64,000 nt of DNA from Nitrospiraceae bacterium (lineage in GTDB: Bacteria; Nitrospirota; Nitrospiria; Nitrospirales; Nitrospiraceae). The notes under the pieces are model-generated. The model was not told the origin of the DNA. It did not search any database and saw only the letters and a list, made by a program, of their open reading frames with translations. Location of the stretch: positions 29,970-93,969 of the forward strand of contig DASYRC010000063.1 of assembly GCA_036004925.1 (NCBI GenBank). Direction: 5' to 3'. Shown here one piece after another: positions 47,768 through 57,102 of the stretch. A program made the translations under genes and the position numbers. Within the stretch, counting starts at the first letter, position 1. The number at the start of each line of letters is the position of its first letter.

Positions 47768-47808
47768 GCCCTTGTCATCCATGAGTGTTCTAGGTAAGGA
47801 GTGATCGC

Positions 47809-47946
47809 ATGTCGTTTACATCTCAGCAGCCATCGAATCTCAAGAAGAAACGTGAACATGGATTCCGTAAGAGGATGAGTACGAAGAATGGCCGGAAGGT
47901 CTTGGCTCGTCGTCGCGCGAAAGGACGGGCCCGCTTAACCGTATAG
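47809..47946 (+). CDS. rpmH: 50S ribosomal protein L34
   Basis: Below the ORF-track size cutoff. Translates to [45 protein letters not shown] (45 aa), the conserved L34 sequence. Confidence 0.95.
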   Translation: MSFTSQQPSNLKKKREHGFRKRMSTKNGRKVLARRRAKGRARLTV

Positions 47947-48037
47947 GTCAAGTGACGCTGCTAGGGCTGCACGAAGGAATCTTTGCCCTCCGTTATGTGC
48001 CCCAGACAAGAAAGTTCCCACCACAGGATGGCGTTGT

Positions 48038-48478
48038 GTGGTCATGACCGAGTCCAGAGATCTGGCCTCGAAGAGGAAGTCCTGTGCAAGTTGGTCCTTT
48101 CCTACTATGACGGCGATGTCGCAGGGTGGGGGTGACAGGGATCTCTTCCTGAAACGCAGCCGCGACATCGAGTATGCTAAGAAGCACGGCAGTCGTATCT
48201 CGACCGCCCTATTTAATCTGGTGATTTGCCGGACTGATGTGAGTGGCAGCCGGGTCGGTATCGTGGTGGGGAAGCGATTCGGGGGAGCCGTCAGCCGAAA
48301 TCGGGTGAAGCGCCTCTTTCGGGAGCTCACGCGGCAACTGCGCGGTCAATTGCTCCCTGGACACGCCCTTGTGGTCTTCCCCAAGCGGGATTCGATTGGG
48401 CAGCCCTTTGCCGTCTTGAAAGAGGTGTGGTTGTCGGCGCTCCAGCACCAACGACTGCTTCGCATCCATGAGGACTAG
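48038..48478 (+). CDS. rnpA: Ribonuclease P protein component
   Basis: Follows rpmH. RVGIVVGKRFGGAVSRNRVKRLFRE is the RNR-motif region of RnpA. The maximal ORF is given. The true start is probably internal (M at 48107 or 48116), because RnpA is usually about 115-125 aa. Confidence 0.8.
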   Translation: MVMTESRDLASKRKSCASWSFPTMTAMSQGGGDRDLFLKRSRDIEYAKKHGSRISTALFNLVICRTDVSGSRVGIVVGKRFGGAVSRNRVKRLFRELTRQLRGQLLPGHALVVFPKRDSIGQPFAVLKEVWLSALQHQRLLRIHED

Positions 48479-48639
48479 CGTGTGCCATTGGTGTCGGACC
48501 CTGCTTGCCGGTTATCATATTGGATTTCGGCTTTCCTAGGAGCCTGTCCGACATTGCCGTTCGTGACGAGGCCAAGGAGGTGCGGCCAGATGCGAGGCCG
48601 CAGGCATGGAAAAACCGGAGGCGTATTCGCTGGAATACG

Positions 48640-48828
48640 TTGAGGATTTTTTCGGGCCGAGAACGACGCAGATGGTCGCGGATCGTTCGCCGTAGTAGAA
48701 AGGTCAATGTCGGACAGGCTCCTTGGGCCAGCTGTCCTTCTGAGCCGGCCTGGTCTGAATATGCGAGGGCTGCGATCAGCCGGTACGGGATGCCACGTGG
48801 ACACAAGCTTGCGTTCTGCGTCTGCTGA
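48640..48828 (+). CDS. yidD: YidD-like (membrane protein insertion efficiency factor) ORF, divergent or degenerate
   Basis: Positional (between rnpA and yidC). SCPSEPAWSEYARAAISRYGMPRGHKLAFCVC loosely follows the YidD pattern C-R-F-x-P-[ST]-C-S-x-Y-x(3)-A-x(4)-G. However, the second Cys is Trp, and the ORF stops before the usual C-H-P..G-G-x-D-P-V tail. The start codon is uncertain (TTG at 48640 is a guess; the track ORF starts at 48505). Confidence 0.35.
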   Translation: MRIFSGRERRRWSRIVRRSRKVNVGQAPWASCPSEPAWSEYARAAISRYGMPRGHKLAFCVC

Positions 48829-48901
48829 AATGTTACCCATTTCTTCGCAGAGGATGAAGTAGTAGGGTCACAATTGGTCACATCGGGGTAGCGGTTTATT
48901 T

Positions 48902-50605
48902 ATGGACAAACGCGTTGTCATTTTTCTTGTTCTGTCGTTAGCGATCATCGTGGGATTTGACTTTCTCATCAAGCAGATGGGGTGGCTTCCTGAGCCGCCT
49001 CCTGCTCAGGACGCCGCTGTCCCGGCCCCCTCCTCCGCGGAGCGAAAACCAACTCCCGCCCCCGTGACAGACAAGGACAGCGGTTCGACTAGTCTGAATG
49101 TCCCAGCCAAATCGAGTCAAAAGTCTGGCGCTCCCTCGTCGGATATTTTGCCACCAGCATCGGAACAGACGGTGACGATTGAAACGGATCTGGTTCGGGT
49201 CGGTCTGTCGAATCGTGGCGGGGTGATTCAAAGTTGGGAGCTGAAGCGATACCACACGGCACCCCCCGAAAAGAAGCCGGTGCAACTCGTCTATCAAGGG
49301 GGAAAGTTCAAAGGTCCACTTTCGATTACGGTAGCGAATGCCGAGATCGACAAGACGATTCGAGAAGGCCTCTATGGAATTGAGAAAGATTTCACGATTC
49401 TCGATGCTGCTCATCCTGTCGGACATGTCACGATGCAGTTCCACGATTCAGCCACGCATCTCGGCGTAGAGAAACGGCTGACCTTTCATCACGATAGTTA
49501 TGTAGTGGATGTATCGGTCGACTTGGAGGGGGTGACAGAACCCTATGATGTCGGGTTGGGGACTAACTTCGGTATCGTGGAATGGGGTAGTGGGTTCATC
49601 GGTGTGATCGGATCTGCCTGGCGGGTTGACGACAAAATAGAAAAAGAGACGCCAGAAAAAGAGCTTGAACGGAAGGGGACGGTTCAGTGGGTCGCATTGC
49701 ACGATAAGTACTTTTTATCGGTGTTGATGCCGAAACAGGGTACGGCCGCCCTAGCCAAGAACGAAGGCGAGAAGATCGTGTCGGCTGGGGTGCGAATGGC
49801 CGCGTCCGGCGTCGCGTCCTCGGTTGGTCTTCAGCTGTATGCAGGCCCGAAGGAACACGACTCGCTCCGCTCGTTGAACGTGGGCCTGGAAGAGATGATC
49901 GATTTCGGATTCTTCATCTTCGGCAGCTGGACTGTTGTGAAGTCGGTCGCCAAGCCGATCTTTTATGTGCTGCGATTCATCCATGAGTATACCTATAACT
50001 ATGGGGTCACCATCATCCTGTTGACGGTGGGGATCAAGCTGTTATTTGCGCCGTTGCAATACAAGAGCTACAAGTCAATGAAAATGATGCGGGTGATCCA
50101 ACCCAAAATTGCTGCAGTCCAGGCGAAATACAAGGGTGACCGCGACCGTCTGAACAAGGAGTTAATGAAGCTGTATAAGGATCAGAAAGTGAATCCGCTG
50201 GGCGGCTTTCTCCCGATGATCCTGCAGATGCCGGTCTTTGTGGCCCTGTTCAATGTCCTCTACACGACGATCGATTTGCGCCAAGCCCCTTTCATGCTCT
50301 GGATTACCGATTTGTCGGTGCAGGATCCCTACTATGTGTTGCCGATTATCATGGGGGCGACGATGTTTATCCAACAGAAGATCACGCCCACAACGATGGA
50401 TCCGACCCAGGCGAAGATCATGTTGGTGCTCCCGGTGGGCATGACATTCCTGTTCGTTAATTTTCCTGCAGGCCTTGTGTTGTATTGGCTGACCAACAAT
50501 ACCCTGACCATCTCCCAACAATTGCTCACGGATCGTTTTGTGTTTCGCAACAATAAGGCATTCATCTCGGCAGGGGCCGAGCAGAGCGGCAGCCCGAACG
50601 CATAG
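48902..50605 (+). CDS. yidC: Membrane protein insertase YidC
   Basis: 567 aa. N-terminal TM, large periplasmic domain, and a conserved C-terminal 5-TM core (NYGVTIILLTVGIKLLFAPL, GGFLPMILQMPVFVALF, GLVLYWLTNNTLTI). Confidence 0.9.
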   Translation: MDKRVVIFLVLSLAIIVGFDFLIKQMGWLPEPPPAQDAAVPAPSSAERKPTPAPVTDKDSGSTSLNVPAKSSQKSGAPSSDILPPASEQTVTIETDLVRVGLSNRGGVIQSWELKRYHTAPPEKKPVQLVYQGGKFKGPLSITVANAEIDKTIREGLYGIEKDFTILDAAHPVGHVTMQFHDSATHLGVEKRLTFHHDSYVVDVSVDLEGVTEPYDVGLGTNFGIVEWGSGFIGVIGSAWRVDDKIEKETPEKELERKGTVQWVALHDKYFLSVLMPKQGTAALAKNEGEKIVSAGVRMAASGVASSVGLQLYAGPKEHDSLRSLNVGLEEMIDFGFFIFGSWTVVKSVAKPIFYVLRFIHEYTYNYGVTIILLTVGIKLLFAPLQYKSYKSMKMMRVIQPKIAAVQAKYKGDRDRLNKELMKLYKDQKVNPLGGFLPMILQMPVFVALFNVLYTTIDLRQAPFMLWITDLSVQDPYYVLPIIMGATMFIQQKITPTTMDPTQAKIMLVLPVGMTFLFVNFPAGLVLYWLTNNTLTISQQLLTDRFVFRNNKAFISAGAEQSGSPNA

Positions 50606-50735
50606 GCGCCTCTCGGTACGCTCCCGTTACAATACAAACCCGCTGGTACAGCGATTGGCCACCTAGCAGGAGTAGTAAAACAGTCGGCCAGCGTCCACGA
50701 GCCATGACGCGTACAGCGCGAGATAGGCGAGAGCC

Positions 50736-50816
50736 GGTTGGTCTCACTTGTTTATTTGGTCTATTTGGTCTGTTTGGTTGAACGAGACCAACCAGATGAA
50801 CCAAACAAACCAGATG
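50736..50816. repeat. GGTTTGT-word hairpin repeat, copy 2D
   Basis: T/G-rich arm GGTTGGTCTCACTTGTTTATTTGGTCTATTTGGTCTGTTTGGTTG. Complementary arm AACGAGACCAACCAGATGAACCAAACAAACCAGATG. Confidence 0.8.
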
Positions 50817-50822
50817 TACCCT

Positions 50823-51179
50823 ATCAACTCGTCCCGCCAGTCTTGCGCGACGATTCTACGCAGGCTAGTACTCCACTGACCTGCCCGTTTGGAACAAAGG
50901 GAAAACGCCTTGCAGGATGCTCAAAAATGCCGTCCAGCAATCCCTGAGACGTGAAACGTCAAACGTGAAACGTGAAAGGTTTCGGAAGAAGAGCACTCGG
51001 TAGTCCTACGTTTCACCTTTTACATCTTACCTTTCACGGTTCTTGAGAGCGAGGCAAGAACGAAGCCTGGTGAAAGGTGCGTCCCTGGGCGAAGAGGCTG
51101 TCTTGGCAGACTCAGGGCGGGCGGGTGAAGTAGCCGCCGAGTTTGGTGGGTGAGAACAGAGGCCTTTTCAGCATCCTGC
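50823..51179 (+). repeat. Composite intergenic repeat, copy 1C, with a nested GTGAAAC-word hairpin
   Basis: Diverged leader ending TTGGAACAAAGGGAAAACGCC. The palindrome runs from GCAGGATGCTCAAAAATG (50912) to CCTTTTCAGCATCCTGC (51179). Inside it, GTGAAACGTCAAACGTGAAACGTGAAAGG pairs with CGTTTCACCTTTTACATCTTACCTTTCAC. Confidence 0.8.
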
Positions 51180-51195
51180 CAGTGAGAGAGTCGTC

Positions 51196-52623
51196 ATGCA
51201 TGGAGGACTCGAAGACACGATCTGCGCCATTGCCACCCCCATAGGGGAAGGTGGTATTGGAATCGTTCGTCTGAGTGGCCCTCACGCGCTTCTCGTCGCT
51301 TCCGAAGTTGTTCGATTGCGGTCTGGTGATCCCCTCTCATCGGTTCCCTCTCATACGCTGCATCTAGCCGACCTTGTGATTCCCACATCCGATAAGCGGA
51401 AAGATGGAAGAGTCCTTCATCACCGCCCGCCTGTATCGGGCCTTCTCGATGAGGCGCTCGTGGTCTATATGAAGGCTCCGCGGTCGTATACAGCAGAGGA
51501 CGTGGTGGAGATCCAGTCTCATGGCGGGGCGTTGGTGCTTGGGATGGTTTGCAAGGTCTGTATAGAGTCCGGGGCACGGATGGCGGAGCCGGGAGAGTTT
51601 ACGAAACGAGCTTTTCTCAACGGGCGGTTAGATCTTTCCCAGGCGGAAGCGGTACTCGATACAATCAGGGCCACATCATCCGTCGGATTGAATATCGCTC
51701 AACGCCAGCTACGGGGCGATCTCGCTCGTGAGGTGGAACAGGCTCGGACCTCTCTCCTGACGGTGCTGAGCCATGTGGAGGCGGGGATCGATTTTGTGGA
51801 CGAAGATATTTCCTTTCTTCAACGCGATGAACTGTTGCGTATCGTGAGAGAGGCCTATGCGGTGGTTCAGAAACTGGAAGCAACGGCGCAGGAAGGGCGG
51901 ATCTTGCGGGAAGGGGCGCGCGTCGTCATCCTTGGCTGTCCGAATGTCGGCAAGTCCAGCTTGTTGAACTGTCTCCTGAGAGAAGAGCGGGCGATTGTGA
52001 CTGCCATTCCTGGGACGACGAGGGATGTGATTGAGGAATCCATCAATCTTGACGGGGTGATGATTCACTTGCTTGATACGGCAGGAGTGAGGGAAACGGA
52101 CGATATCATCGAGCAGGAAGGGATCAAACGTACTCGTGCCGCACAGGACGAGGCCGACCTCTTGTTAGTGGTGGTGGATGGAAGTGTGCCCCTTACGAGC
52201 GATGATCGGAAGCTCTTGAGTGCGACCAGGGATCGCAAGCATCTGGTGCTGCTGAACAAGGCGGATCTTGCCGTTACTGTGGAAAGAGACGCCGCGCTTG
52301 CTGGCCATCTGGTGTATCTTATTTCGGCCAAAACAGGTTTGGGGGTTGAGATGGTGAAGTTGGCTCTTCGCGCTCAGCTGGTGTCCGGGGGCTTTGAGGC
52401 AGCGGAGAGCGTTACGGTGACGAACGTGCGACATCGGGACGCGTTGCGCCTGGCTAGTGAATCCTTGGGCCAGGCTCTTGAGTCCGTGCAGTGTGGGATG
52501 GCCGGGGAGCTTGTCTCGATCGATGTGCGCGCCGCAGCCGACGCGCTCGGAGAAATTACCGGCGCCATTACGACGGACGAGATCCTTGGTCGGATCTTTT
52601 CAGAATTCTGTATCGGCAAGTAG
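51196..52623 (+). CDS. mnmE: tRNA modification GTPase MnmE
   Basis: 475 aa. G1 motif [19 protein letters not shown], and the C-terminal FCIGK. Confidence 0.9.
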   Translation: MHGGLEDTICAIATPIGEGGIGIVRLSGPHALLVASEVVRLRSGDPLSSVPSHTLHLADLVIPTSDKRKDGRVLHHRPPVSGLLDEALVVYMKAPRSYTAEDVVEIQSHGGALVLGMVCKVCIESGARMAEPGEFTKRAFLNGRLDLSQAEAVLDTIRATSSVGLNIAQRQLRGDLAREVEQARTSLLTVLSHVEAGIDFVDEDISFLQRDELLRIVREAYAVVQKLEATAQEGRILREGARVVILGCPNVGKSSLLNCLLREERAIVTAIPGTTRDVIEESINLDGVMIHLLDTAGVRETDDIIEQEGIKRTRAAQDEADLLLVVVDGSVPLTSDDRKLLSATRDRKHLVLLNKADLAVTVERDAALAGHLVYLISAKTGLGVEMVKLALRAQLVSGGFEAAESVTVTNVRHRDALRLASESLGQALESVQCGMAGELVSIDVRAAADALGEITGAITTDEILGRIFSEFCIGK

Positions 52624-52636
52624 GAAAAGGTTGAAC

Positions 52637-54535
52637 GTGGGACAGGCAGTTGACGTCATTGTGGTGGGTGGAGGTCATGCCGGCTGCGAAGCCGCCTTGG
52701 CCGCGGCACGCATGGGTGCGCGCACCTTGCTGCTGACGATGGATCATGACCGAATCGCGCAGATGTCGTGCAACCCGGCGATCGGGGGAATCGCCAAAGG
52801 CCATATGGTAAAGGAAATCGATGCGCTGGGTGGGGAGATGGCGCGTAACACTGATCAAGCCGGCATCCAATTCCGCTTCATCAATACGAGTAAAGGCCCG
52901 GCGGTGCGAGCCCTCCGCGTCCAATGCGACAAGAAACTGTACCGAGAAGCCATGCAACAAACGTTGAGCCGGCAGGCAGGGCTGACGATCGGCGAGGGAA
53001 CGGTCGATCGCTTGCTGACGCATGCCGGTGCGGTTACAGGCGTGGTGACGGATCGCGGTGATCACATCCAGGCGAAGGCCGTTATTCTGACATCAGGTAC
53101 ATTCCTTAAGGGACTTATCCATATCGGCTTGAATCATTTTCCTGCGGGACGAGCCGGAGAGGCGTCCGCCGAGCACCTATCTGATTGTATGCGCGACCTG
53201 GGGTTCGAAGTGGGCCGGCTCAAAACCGGCACGCCGCCCCGCTTGGATGGGGCGACCATCGACTTTTCCGTGATGGTGCCCCAGCCTGGGGATGATCCGC
53301 CGCCACCGTTTTCGTATCGGACCGACAGGATTGAGAACCGTCAGCTCCCCTGTCATTTGACCCATACCAATCGCGCGACGCACGAATTGATCCAGCGTAA
53401 TCTGGACCGGTCACCGCTCTACAGCGGCATCATTGAATCGGTAGGGCCGCGCTATTGTCCATCGATAGAAGATAAAGTCGTACGCTTCGCGGATAAAGAC
53501 CACCACCAGATCTTTATAGAGCCCGAAGGGTTGAATAGTCGTGAATTTTATCCTAACGGGATCTCCACCAGCCTACCGGTTGATGTGCAGGCAGCGATAC
53601 TGAAAACGATTCCAGGGTTAGAGCAAGCCACCATGCTCAAGCCTGGGTATGCGATCGAGTACGACTACTTTCCTCCAAGGCAATTGCATCCGACTCTGGA
53701 GACCAAGCTTCTGGATGGGCTATACCACGCGGGACAGATCAATGGGACATCTGGATATGAGGAAGCAGCAGCTCAGGGCCTCATGGCTGGGATCAATGCA
53801 GTCCTTAGGCTTCGAGACGAGTTACCATTAGTGCTCGATCGGTCGCAGGCCTATATTGGTGTGTTAATTGACGATCTCATTACAAAAGACGCACGTGAAC
53901 CCTATCGCATGTTTACATCGCGGGCAGAGTACCGACTCTTGTTGCGCCACGGAAATGCTGATCTTCGGTTAACTGATACTGGACGACAGGTTGGTTTGAT
54001 TTGTGACGAAGTCTATGCAAGGTTCCAGTTAAAACAGCAAGAAATTGAATCTGAGCTCGTACGCCTCGAAGAGCTTCGACCAAGACTCACGGAGGCTGTT
54101 CGTGAACGCCTAGCGAATGTTCAGATTGAGGAAATCTATGGGTCCTACACCGCAGCTCAACTTTTGCGGCGCCCAGGGGCGAGCTATAAGCCTTTGTTAG
54201 AGGCACTTGAAGTTATTGCAGTGCAAGATGTTGAAACTGCTGATGAAATAGAGCTTCAAATCAAGTATTCCGGTTACATCAAGCGCCAGCTACAACAGAT
54301 AAGTCGATTCAAAAATCTTGAAATGAAGCCTATTCCTGTAGCCTTCAATTATGATGATACTCCTGGTTTCTCACGAGAGGTCCGCGAAAAGCTGAGAAAA
54401 GTCCGCCCTGCGTCTATCGGCCAGGCATCGAGAATTTCAGGAGTCACGCCAGCAGCAATTTCGCTTCTCCTCGTGGCGCTTGAAAAGTATAAGGGCGAAT
54501 CCGGTCGAGATAGACTTCGCCCAGTCTCATCCTAG
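52637..54535 (+). CDS. mnmG: tRNA uridine 5-carboxymethylaminomethyl modification enzyme MnmG (GidA)
   Basis: FAD motif [15 protein letters not shown] right after the chosen in-frame GTG at 52637, which is preceded by AGGAAAAGG. The track ORF (52457) extends back over the mnmE 3' end. Confidence 0.9.
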   Translation: MGQAVDVIVVGGGHAGCEAALAAARMGARTLLLTMDHDRIAQMSCNPAIGGIAKGHMVKEIDALGGEMARNTDQAGIQFRFINTSKGPAVRALRVQCDKKLYREAMQQTLSRQAGLTIGEGTVDRLLTHAGAVTGVVTDRGDHIQAKAVILTSGTFLKGLIHIGLNHFPAGRAGEASAEHLSDCMRDLGFEVGRLKTGTPPRLDGATIDFSVMVPQPGDDPPPPFSYRTDRIENRQLPCHLTHTNRATHELIQRNLDRSPLYSGIIESVGPRYCPSIEDKVVRFADKDHHQIFIEPEGLNSREFYPNGISTSLPVDVQAAILKTIPGLEQATMLKPGYAIEYDYFPPRQLHPTLETKLLDGLYHAGQINGTSGYEEAAAQGLMAGINAVLRLRDELPLVLDRSQAYIGVLIDDLITKDAREPYRMFTSRAEYRLLLRHGNADLRLTDTGRQVGLICDEVYARFQLKQQEIESELVRLEELRPRLTEAVRERLANVQIEEIYGSYTAAQLLRRPGASYKPLLEALEVIAVQDVETADEIELQIKYSGYIKRQLQQISRFKNLEMKPIPVAFNYDDTPGFSREVREKLRKVRPASIGQASRISGVTPAAISLLLVALEKYKGESGRDRLRPVSS

Positions 54536-54602
54536 ACGAGGAACACAGAGATTTTTCCTATCCATTCCGGAATGTCTTGACCTCATATGCTGATTCACGT
54601 AA

Positions 54603-55262
54603 TTGTTCCACGTGGAACATGAACCAGAATTGCGCGAATTCGTGATCAGTTCAGGAAGGGAACTTGGCCTGACTATCGGGGAAAGCCAAGCGGAGCAGTT
54701 CATCCGCTACCTCGCTCATCTCATTGAGTGGAATAAAGTGATTAATCTCACGGCGATCATCGATCCAAAGGAAATCATCATCAAGCATTTCGTTGACTCA
54801 CTCGTTGCGCTTGTCGCGACTAGTTTTCCACAAAATAACATGGTGCTCGATGTGGGGTCTGGGGGAGGTTTTCCTGGTATCCCTCTTAAAATCGTGAGAT
54901 CAGACTTGCGACTGAACCTCGTAGAGCCAGTTCAGAAAAAATGTTCATTTCTCAACTCAGTGATCGGCCTGCTAAAGCTTCATGATGTTTCTACGTTTGA
55001 TGGCACCATCGAGCAATATGCTAAGCGACCAATCAGCCAAGTTATTGATACGGTTGTGGTAAGGGCATTGAAGTTTGAAGAAATAAAGAAACACATTTCT
55101 GCGTTGTTGACTTCAAAAGGGAAAGTTGTCTTGTACCGAACATCAGCCATCGAAAAACAGGAAATGGGAGAAGAGTTTCATCTTGTGAGCGAAACAGCTC
55201 TTAGGCTCCCGCAAGGATCCGGCAAGAGAGTCGTCACAGTCATTGAGAGAAATAATTCATAA
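54603..55262 (+). CDS. rsmG: 16S rRNA (guanine527-N7)-methyltransferase RsmG (GidB)
   Basis: 219 aa with WNKVINLTAI and DVGSGGGFPGIPL SAM motifs. The start region overlaps a parS palindrome, and an alternative in-frame GTG lies at 54612. Confidence 0.85.
   Translation: MFHVEHEPELREFVISSGRELGLTIGESQAEQFIRYLAHLIEWNKVINLTAIIDPKEIIIKHFVDSLVALVATSFPQNNMVLDVGSGGGFPGIPLKIVRSDLRLNLVEPVQKKCSFLNSVIGLLKLHDVSTFDGTIEQYAKRPISQVIDTVVVRALKFEEIKKHISALLTSKGKVVLYRTSAIEKQEMGEEFHLVSETALRLPQGSGKRVVTVIERNNS
54604..54619. promoter_or_regulatory. parS: parS centromere-like site (ParB binding palindrome)
   Basis: TGTTCCACGTGGAACA is a perfect 16-bp palindrome. It matches the widely conserved parS consensus tGTTNCACGTGAAACa, with the same change in both half-sites. 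Confidence 0.8.
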
Positions 55263-55284
55263 CATAATCAATCATCTATGTATA

Positions 55285-55300
55285 AGTTCCACGTGGAACA
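55285..55300. promoter_or_regulatory. parS: parS centromere-like site, second copy, between rsmG and parA
   Basis: AGTTCCACGTGGAACA. The inner 14 bp GTTCCACGTGGAAC is a perfect palindrome identical to the site at 54604-54619. Confidence 0.8.
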
Positions 55301-55310
55301 TTATCGATGA

Positions 55311-56120
55311 GTGAGTAAGGGAGTAGTCGGCGTAACATTAGATATGGCAAAGATTGTAGCGATCGCAAATCAGAAGGGTGGCGTAGGGAAGACGACAACA
55401 GCCGTGAACCTTGCCGCTGGTGTCGCGCTCCTGGGCAAGCGTGTCTTACTGGTGGATATGGATCCGCAAGGGAACGCCACAAGCGGACTAGGAGTTGACC
55501 CCCGATCTCTACAGACTACTGTGTATAACTGCCTGATTAATTATATAAAATTTCATGAAGCCGTGCAAGTCACAGAAGTGAACGGTTTGTCACTTTTGCC
55601 GGCAAATGCTGACTTGTCTGGTGCCGAAATAGAACTGGTGAATATTGAGGAGCGGGAAAAACTACTTCGGAATTTCCTCCGAGATGTTGAGCAGCTATTC
55701 GACGTTATCTTTCTCGATTGCCCTCCTACATTGGGAATTCTGACGGTGAACGCACTCGTCGCGGCTCACGGCATCTTAGTTCCGGTTCAATGTGAATACT
55801 ATGCCATGGAAGGGTTAAGCCGCTTGATTGGAAATATCGATCGAGTTCGTCAGTCCTTTAACCCGGAGCTTCAGTTGGAAGGGATCGTCTTGACAATGTT
55901 TGACGCGAGGAATACGTTGGCGCGGCAAGTGGTTGAGCAGGTTCGCGAGTATTTCAAAGAGGTCGTCTACAAAACGGTGATCCCCCGCAATGTGACACTC
56001 GCCGAGGCTCCCAGTTACGGACGCCCGGCCATGTTATATAACGTCGCTTCGGCAGGATCTCAAGCCTATTTATCCCTAGCCAAGGAGTTTGTGAGCCATG
56101 GAGAAAAAAGCGCTCGGTAG
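55311..56120 (+). CDS. parA: Chromosome partitioning ATPase ParA (Soj)
   Basis: Deviant Walker A NQKGGVGKTTT. The track start is a GTG at 55311. The ATG at 55344 (MAKIVAIANQKGG) is the more typical N-terminus. Confidence 0.9.
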   Translation: MSKGVVGVTLDMAKIVAIANQKGGVGKTTTAVNLAAGVALLGKRVLLVDMDPQGNATSGLGVDPRSLQTTVYNCLINYIKFHEAVQVTEVNGLSLLPANADLSGAEIELVNIEEREKLLRNFLRDVEQLFDVIFLDCPPTLGILTVNALVAAHGILVPVQCEYYAMEGLSRLIGNIDRVRQSFNPELQLEGIVLTMFDARNTLARQVVEQVREYFKEVVYKTVIPRNVTLAEAPSYGRPAMLYNVASAGSQAYLSLAKEFVSHGEKSAR

Positions 56121-56946
56121 AGGACTCGACGCACTGCTGCCCGCCACCAAGCCCGCATCGATGCCGGAATTGCCGGAGGTTCAACATCTGAGGGTCGATG
56201 CGATCGTACCGAATCGGTATCAGCCGAGACAAACGTTTTCTCCTCTGGAGTTGGCAGAACTCACATCTTCATTGAAGCAAAGTGGATTGCTCCAACCGAT
56301 ATTAGTGCGCCGCAAGGGCGACGGAATATACGAACTCATTTCCGGTGAACGGCGCTGGCGTGCGGCAAAAGAAGCGGGGTTCGAAACGGTTCAAGCCGTC
56401 ATTCGCAATTGCGGAGACGAAGAATCTGTCGTCCTGGCGCTGGTAGAAAATCTTCAACGAACGGATCTCAATCCGATGGATATGGCTAGAACCTACCATC
56501 GGATGATGAACGAATTTGGACTGACTCAGGACATAATTGCGCAACGAGTCAGTTGTGAGCGATCATCGATCGCTAATACCGTGCGTCTTATCAATCTGCC
56601 TTCAGAGATTCAGCAACTGATCGAAACGAATCAACTCTCCATGGGACATGCCAAAGTGATTCTCGGTCTTCCTAGTCAGAATGAACAACTTAGAGTCGCC
56701 CAGCTTGTGGTCTCAAAAGTCCTATCGGTGAGAGAGACGGAAAAACTCATAGATTCTTCACCGGTCGCAAAGAAGCGAGGGACAAAGGAATTACAGCGAA
56801 CCCCCTGGTCTGATGTTGAAGAGCGATTGCAAAAACGGTTAGGCACTAAAGTCGTGATCCAAAAAGGAAGACGTGGCGGAAAAATCATCATTCACTACTT
56901 CTCTCCACCTGAACTCGACGGGATTCTCGAAACGCTCCTGAATTAG
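56098..56946 (+). CDS. parB: Chromosome partitioning protein ParB (Spo0J)
   Basis: 282 aa with KALGRGLDALL, SGERRWRAAKEAG and LVENLQRTDLNP motifs. Overlaps the parA 3' end. Confidence 0.9.
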   Translation: MEKKALGRGLDALLPATKPASMPELPEVQHLRVDAIVPNRYQPRQTFSPLELAELTSSLKQSGLLQPILVRRKGDGIYELISGERRWRAAKEAGFETVQAVIRNCGDEESVVLALVENLQRTDLNPMDMARTYHRMMNEFGLTQDIIAQRVSCERSSIANTVRLINLPSEIQQLIETNQLSMGHAKVILGLPSQNEQLRVAQLVVSKVLSVRETEKLIDSSPVAKKRGTKELQRTPWSDVEERLQKRLGTKVVIQKGRRGGKIIIHYFSPPELDGILETLLN

Positions 56947-57102
56947 TGACCGTATCCCTGCCCTGTAAAAGTCATAAGAGGTAGAGGCATACTTGTTGCT
57001 TCTACGTATTCGTGACCAAGCCAGTTACGATCGACGATGTCCCATAAATAGCACTACAACTGCGCTGGAACAGTGGAGTCACCAGCTCGAGGAGGCGCGT
57101 TC

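Noticed and set aside
47049-47808. DnaA boxes (TTATCCACA / TGTGGATAA) in the rpmH upstream gap.
   Set aside because: A manual scan of both strands found only 6-of-9 matches (for example TTATCAATG, TTGGATAGA and CCCACACAA contexts) and no cluster. I therefore do not annotate an oriC. The question is kept only as a low-confidence finding.
52457-52636. Upstream 60 codons of the track ORF for mnmG, overlapping the mnmE 3' end.
   Set aside because: The sequence is non-homologous to MnmG and overlaps the conserved MnmE C-terminus in another frame. The FAD-binding N-terminus begins right after the GTG at 52637, which has a good RBS.
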